From Tubiluchus corallicola (Eukaryota; Animalia; Priapulida), in assembly GCA_030141605.1 (NCBI GenBank), contig JAQGDQ010000076.1:248001-312000 (forward strand): 64,000 nucleotides of DNA. Direction: 5' to 3'. The position numbers and the translations under genes are program-made. Positions 62,619 through 64,000 of the stretch are shown one piece after another (position 1 is the stretch's first letter; each line of letters starts with the position of its first letter). Under the pieces are notes generated by a model. The model was given only the letters and a program-made list of their open reading frames with translations. It had not been told where the DNA came from and made no database searches.

Positions 62619-64000
62619 TCCCCATGCACACCTGGTCCAGTAGTTATGCCAATTTGTGCAGTCCAAGTAGCAGCTAGTAGCTGCAGCTGCAATGCAGCAC
62701 AGGCCGCCACGCGAATCACTAACTTGCCCTGGCAACAGTCTGCTAGCTGAGCCACGTGCTTGAGCTGAAGTTGAGCAGAGGATTGTTTTTTACTGGATTA
62801 ACTGCTGTGCTCACCTGTCTTAAGGGCAGATTTCTTTTATTTTAGAGTTCTGCCCACCCAATGTCTACAATAGACGTAATGGGCATCATGATGATGATGA
62901 GAGGCTTGAGCTTTGAGTGTTGGGAAGTAGGATGTTAGTGGGAACCGGTGGTATTAGAAGTTAGAACTTGGGACAGTTGGTGGTGTGGTTGGGTACCTTT
63001 TATTTTTAAGAATTTCTTATTAATTACTTTGTCAGACTACGAATGCCCCCAAAGTCTAGATGGTTCTTGGCAACTGCATACGTGAAAGTGTGGATGATCG
63101 AAAAATTATGGTGATTAACGTCACAGACAACACAAAAAATATTGCCACAATGATGTGACAATATTTTTGCAAATATTGGGGCAATATGGAAATGTGGATT
63201 TGTCACAACATTGTATCAATATTTTTTGACTCATTGGAATTGTAATTAAATTCCTTCCAAATTTTTACATGCTCCACATCACAGTATAAATGTTCTTATG
63301 CTTGCATAATTTTTATTTTATCTCAACTTCGTAAAGCTGACTTCAATACAAATACCTTATGTCTCACTTTATTTGGGTGAGTGCATGATCAAGGGTATAA
63401 TTTTACTACAGTAACCTATTCAGATCAGCTTGTGTCGCATGCTAGCGCCTCAAAGTTAATAAATCTGCAAATCTCACTTATTTCAGATCAGGCACCAGTT
63501 TTATTCTTGTTTTTCCACTAACAATGATAACTTTATAAAAAAAGTACATCAATCTATCACTTGATTATAAATGTTGTCACTTGAATCTTTGACTCTTGAG
63601 CCATCCTTGCTTTTTTTTTTGTTGAGCAAGGTAACAGTACCAGATTGAGCAAGACATTTTTTTACTCTCTTGATTATGTTTTCTCGTGGCTCAAGCTGGT
63701 ACCAGTCAAAAGAAAACAGTTACAGTTAGATAATCACAAATTGTTATTGTTATTCCTACATGACATTCTCTAGACAGAAATTCATTTCGTTATACTAAAT
63801 GTCATGTGCAGTAACTAAGACAACCTAAGGTTATTAAGTCCAGCCTATTTTTATGGCTGTAATTCTTGAGTTGAGACGAAAGTAAATTGAGAACATGCGA
63901 TTACAAGTAACTCTTTTAAAATGTAACAGTTATACATATTGTGGAAAATTCTTTATTTTAATCACCAAGGTATGTCACATGTCACACGACTCAAAACAAG

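Noticed and set aside
62355-62755. Overlapping ORFs of 72-112 aa
   Set aside because: They arise from the GC-rich hAT MITE and its (GA)n tract, with no protein motif.

Overview
AT-rich, intron-containing genomic DNA from an invertebrate animal (probably a lophotrochozoan; this is an inference from gene content and repeat types). Five protein-coding genes were reconstructed by hand from splice signals and translation. (1) The last three exons of a GALNT2-type GalNAc-transferase (+, 1822-3655). (2) RRP36 (-, 14473-6829, 7 coding exons, about 233 aa). (3) MRPL16 (+, intronless CDS 19804-20517). (4) An RMDN/PTPIP51-type TPR protein with an N-terminal membrane anchor and a FFAT motif (-, 31096-23708, 10 exons, 359 aa). 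(5) A classical EF-hand calpain (+, 31664-57454), head-to-head with the RMDN gene. The calpain is the most interesting feature. It has two or three candidate alternative first coding exons, one encoding a Gly-rich repeat like the vertebrate calpain small-subunit domain V. It also has a minor-spliceosome (U12) intron, a candidate micro-exon and a shortened EF5. Non-coding DNA holds many transposon relics: a Penelope-like foldback with complementary-degenerate hammerhead cores, a decayed R4/Dong-type retrotransposon with a nested MITE, and hAT, Tc1/mariner, Kolobok-like and Helentron-like elements. Most short ORFs in the supplied track are spurious. No database searches were run.
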